Shown here in pieces: positions 61,709-64,000 of a stretch of DNA of 64,000 bases. Made by a program: the position numbers and the translations under genes. The stretch is from positions 1 through 64,000 of the forward strand of contig NW_026783106.1 in the NCBI RefSeq assembly GCF_031769215.1, given 5' to 3'. How positions within the stretch are numbered: position 1 is the stretch's first letter; the number at the start of each line of letters is the position of its first letter. The DNA is from Ylistrum balloti (Eukaryota). The notes under the pieces are model-generated. The model saw only the letters and a list, made by a program, of their open reading frames with translations. It had not been told where the DNA came from and did no database searches.

Positions 61709-62100
61709 ATGAAAATAACTCACAAAAGCGACGAATTCTATTCTATAGATATTACTTAAATCAAGCCGGAGTTGGAGCTGACGTTTTCAGAGGAGTTCAG
61801 CAAGGACACGGATTGGGGATATCTTTAAAGTTGTCTTCAAATCGACCGTCCCTCCAGTAAAATTTGGAATGAAAGCCGTGTCGTGTATATCAAAGTCTGG
61901 TGTTAAGGTTGTAGGCGTTAACAGGCGTTAAGAACTGGCATGAATTTGGCGGAATTTGTTGAGTGGTGAAGATATTAAAACGTCGACAAGAAAACGAGTT
62001 TCCGAAGCAAAACATCGACTCAAACGCAAAGTCTTGCAAAGTGTCGGACCACCAGGAAAAAGAATAAAAACGCGAGAGAAAACACGATGTCTGACGGAAA
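61709..62100 (+). pseudogene. Small Polinton core-type (PW-like) protein remnant
   Basis: YYLNQAGVGADVFRGVQQGHGLG ... QALRTGMNLA..LSGEDIKTSTRKRVSEAK..GPPGKRIK across frameshifts; TATAAATA at 61635-61642 upstream; lies directly after the penton gene as in many Polintons. Confidence 0.7.
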
Positions 62101-62504
62101 TACTTCAAAAAGCAGCAACAATGAATCGATTGGTCATTGATGATACAATGTTAAATAGTTTTACAGTTTCCCGACGTTTGTAAACAATCCAGGGGACTCG
62201 TAGCCATCATCACAATATCACTGATAGAGTTCGAATTGCACATTTTGGGGCCAAAAATGTTTTTTTTAAGTCAAGAAATGTAAGATGGCAATATTTTTGT
62301 ATGTCATAATTAAATGCAAAACAGTAATATTTTGTAAAAAGCTAAAAATTTGTCAATAGAAACATCAAAAACTCATTTTTAGCATGTAAATAGCAGCAGT
62401 AAACAACAGCAAAACAACAGCAAATGTGATTATTGAAAGAAATATTTTTTTGTGTTTCTGACAGTAAAATAGTAGTATTACGCCACACGAGTCTTACCCA
62501 CCAG

Positions 62505-62985
62505 TCTAATTACATACTTTACTATAGCTAAAACATCAATGACGTAGTCAAAACCAACCCGTCAGTCGAAATAATACTTTACTATAGCTAAAAACATCAA
62601 TGACGTCGTCAAACCAGCCTTTCAGTCTTATTACGTACTTTACTATAGCTAAAGGCATCAATGACGTGGTCAAAACCAACCCGTCAGTCGCTTTACGTAC
62701 TGTGATAACCTCCAAACTGGACAAATTTTGAAATTCTACAAACTAAAATTTCAGTCTTATTACGTACTTTACTATAGCTAAAGGCATCATGACGTGGTCA
62801 AAACCAAACCGTCAGTCGAATTACGTACTTTGCTATAGCTAAATACATCAATGACGTCGTCAAAACCAACCCGTCAGTCGCTTTACGTACTGTGATAACC
62901 TCCAAACTGGACAAATTTTGAAATTCTACAAATTAACATAACATGTACTAAAGGCATCATGACGTGGTCAAAACCAACCCGTACT
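62505..62985. repeat. ~60-bp minisatellite with a ~190-bp higher-order duplication
   Basis: TTACGTACTTTACTATAGCTAAAGGCATCAATGACGTGGTCAAAACCAACCCGTCAGTC-like units at ~62510, 62571, 62631, 62760 and 62821; a variant block repeats at 62692 and 62883. Confidence 0.8.
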
Positions 62986-64000
62986 ATATAATAAACACGT
63001 CTTCTCAGTGTTGATTTCCTTGAATGGTAAACGGACAGTTTAACCAGGTAACAAAGTTAGAATCGACAACTTCGCAAACAAAAGTCTTGATATTTGTAAC
63101 GCGGTCTCTGCTCAGCATATCCGGAAATCAACACAGAGATATAACACAATGAACATATAATACAGTTTATTTACATGGCAAACACACAGAAAACTATCAA
63201 CATACTCGCACTCACAATCATACTCCACTCATACACCTTGGCAACATGTACAGATAGCTACAGTCTCTTCATTGACAGGAATGTCTCACAAATACACAGC
63301 CACAGTGTGTCAATTTGCGGATGCAAGTACCTCAACCAAACCGACTCCTTAGTCCTATCATAGCGGAACGACTCGCAGTTCCTAAGAAATAAGAGACATA
63401 ACTCTCAGTTTCTAGCTCACTGACGGCTTGCTAGTGACGCACACGTAACGCGCAACTCTCCCCTCTGTGGAGCTGGTGGCTGGGATATCAACACTAATAG
63501 GCTCCTGAGGGGCGACATGCAAGCCTGTTCTGGAGACAAGGCTGCAACTGTCCTTAACGTCAGTCGGTCCCGTTACTGCATGCAGAATAATGCTGACCTT
63601 CTGTATCCTGTACAGTGTTGTACCCGTCATGTGAAGCTTTAAAGATAAACGATACGAACACTATGCACTAATCCATTCTCGTTTTAGATACCAAAACTTA
63701 CCTTTTAGTTTTTCTACAAATTACATTGAAGTGATAATCCATCATTCGCTACTAACATTTTATGAATTATGTGTATGGCAATGCACAAGAACTAATTCTA
63801 CGGTGTGTGATGAGATTTTATATCAAATTTCATCAAAAGTACAATATCGTTACATCAAATAAATATGGCGACTCCGGCGGAAGGCATTGGACAAAGAGTT
63901 GTAATATATATTATAAATAGTTTTTATGTCCATTCTCGTAAGAAACAGTGAAGAGGGTGAACGCATTAGTCGCCTCTAAACACTGGCATGATACTTTTAC

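Noticed and set aside
13512-62985. CRISPR-like arrays, rRNA or tRNA genes
   Set aside because: All arrays are head-to-tail repeats without unique spacers. The only tRNA-like sequences are retrotransposon primer-binding sites.
63003-63139. 17-bp imperfect inverted repeat (TCTCAGTGTTGATTTCC / GGAAATCAACACAGAGA) and an LTR-like stretch from TGTAACG at 63095
   Set aside because: No TSD and no matching CA terminus; it cannot be classified.

Overview
Eukaryotic, AT-rich, almost entirely transposon-derived DNA. The repeat types suggest a mollusc, probably a bivalve, but that is inference only. No host gene can be called with confidence. From left to right the window holds: (1) a Helentron/HINE-like repeat with a ~145-bp tandem core. 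(2) A complete 5.6-kb hAT-like DNA transposon (3641-9238) with perfect 13-bp TIRs and a 7-bp TSD, whose decayed transposase ends in a Spindlin (Spin/Ssty)-type Tudor domain. (3) A 5'-truncated CR1/L2-type LINE. (4) A cluster of minisatellites with a solo LTR, and a DIRS/Ngaro gag remnant. (5) A 27.8-kb block (19313-47071) bounded by one 5-bp TSD, which is a BEL/Pao element carrying a nested Gmr1-like Gypsy element, tandemly duplicated around a shared middle LTR; the second Gmr1 copy keeps an intact gag-PR-INT-RT-RH ORF. (6) A Gypsy element with LTRs nested in an older Gypsy element that has no visible LTRs. (7) A Polinton/Maverick remnant (penton gene plus a small core-type gene) in which the last codons and stop codon of the penton gene have expanded into a 54-bp tandem repeat. 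The most promising leads are the Spindlin-Tudor transposase, the penton-derived satellite, the three-LTR tandem nest, and the apparently LTR-less Gypsy element abutting or splitting the penton gene.
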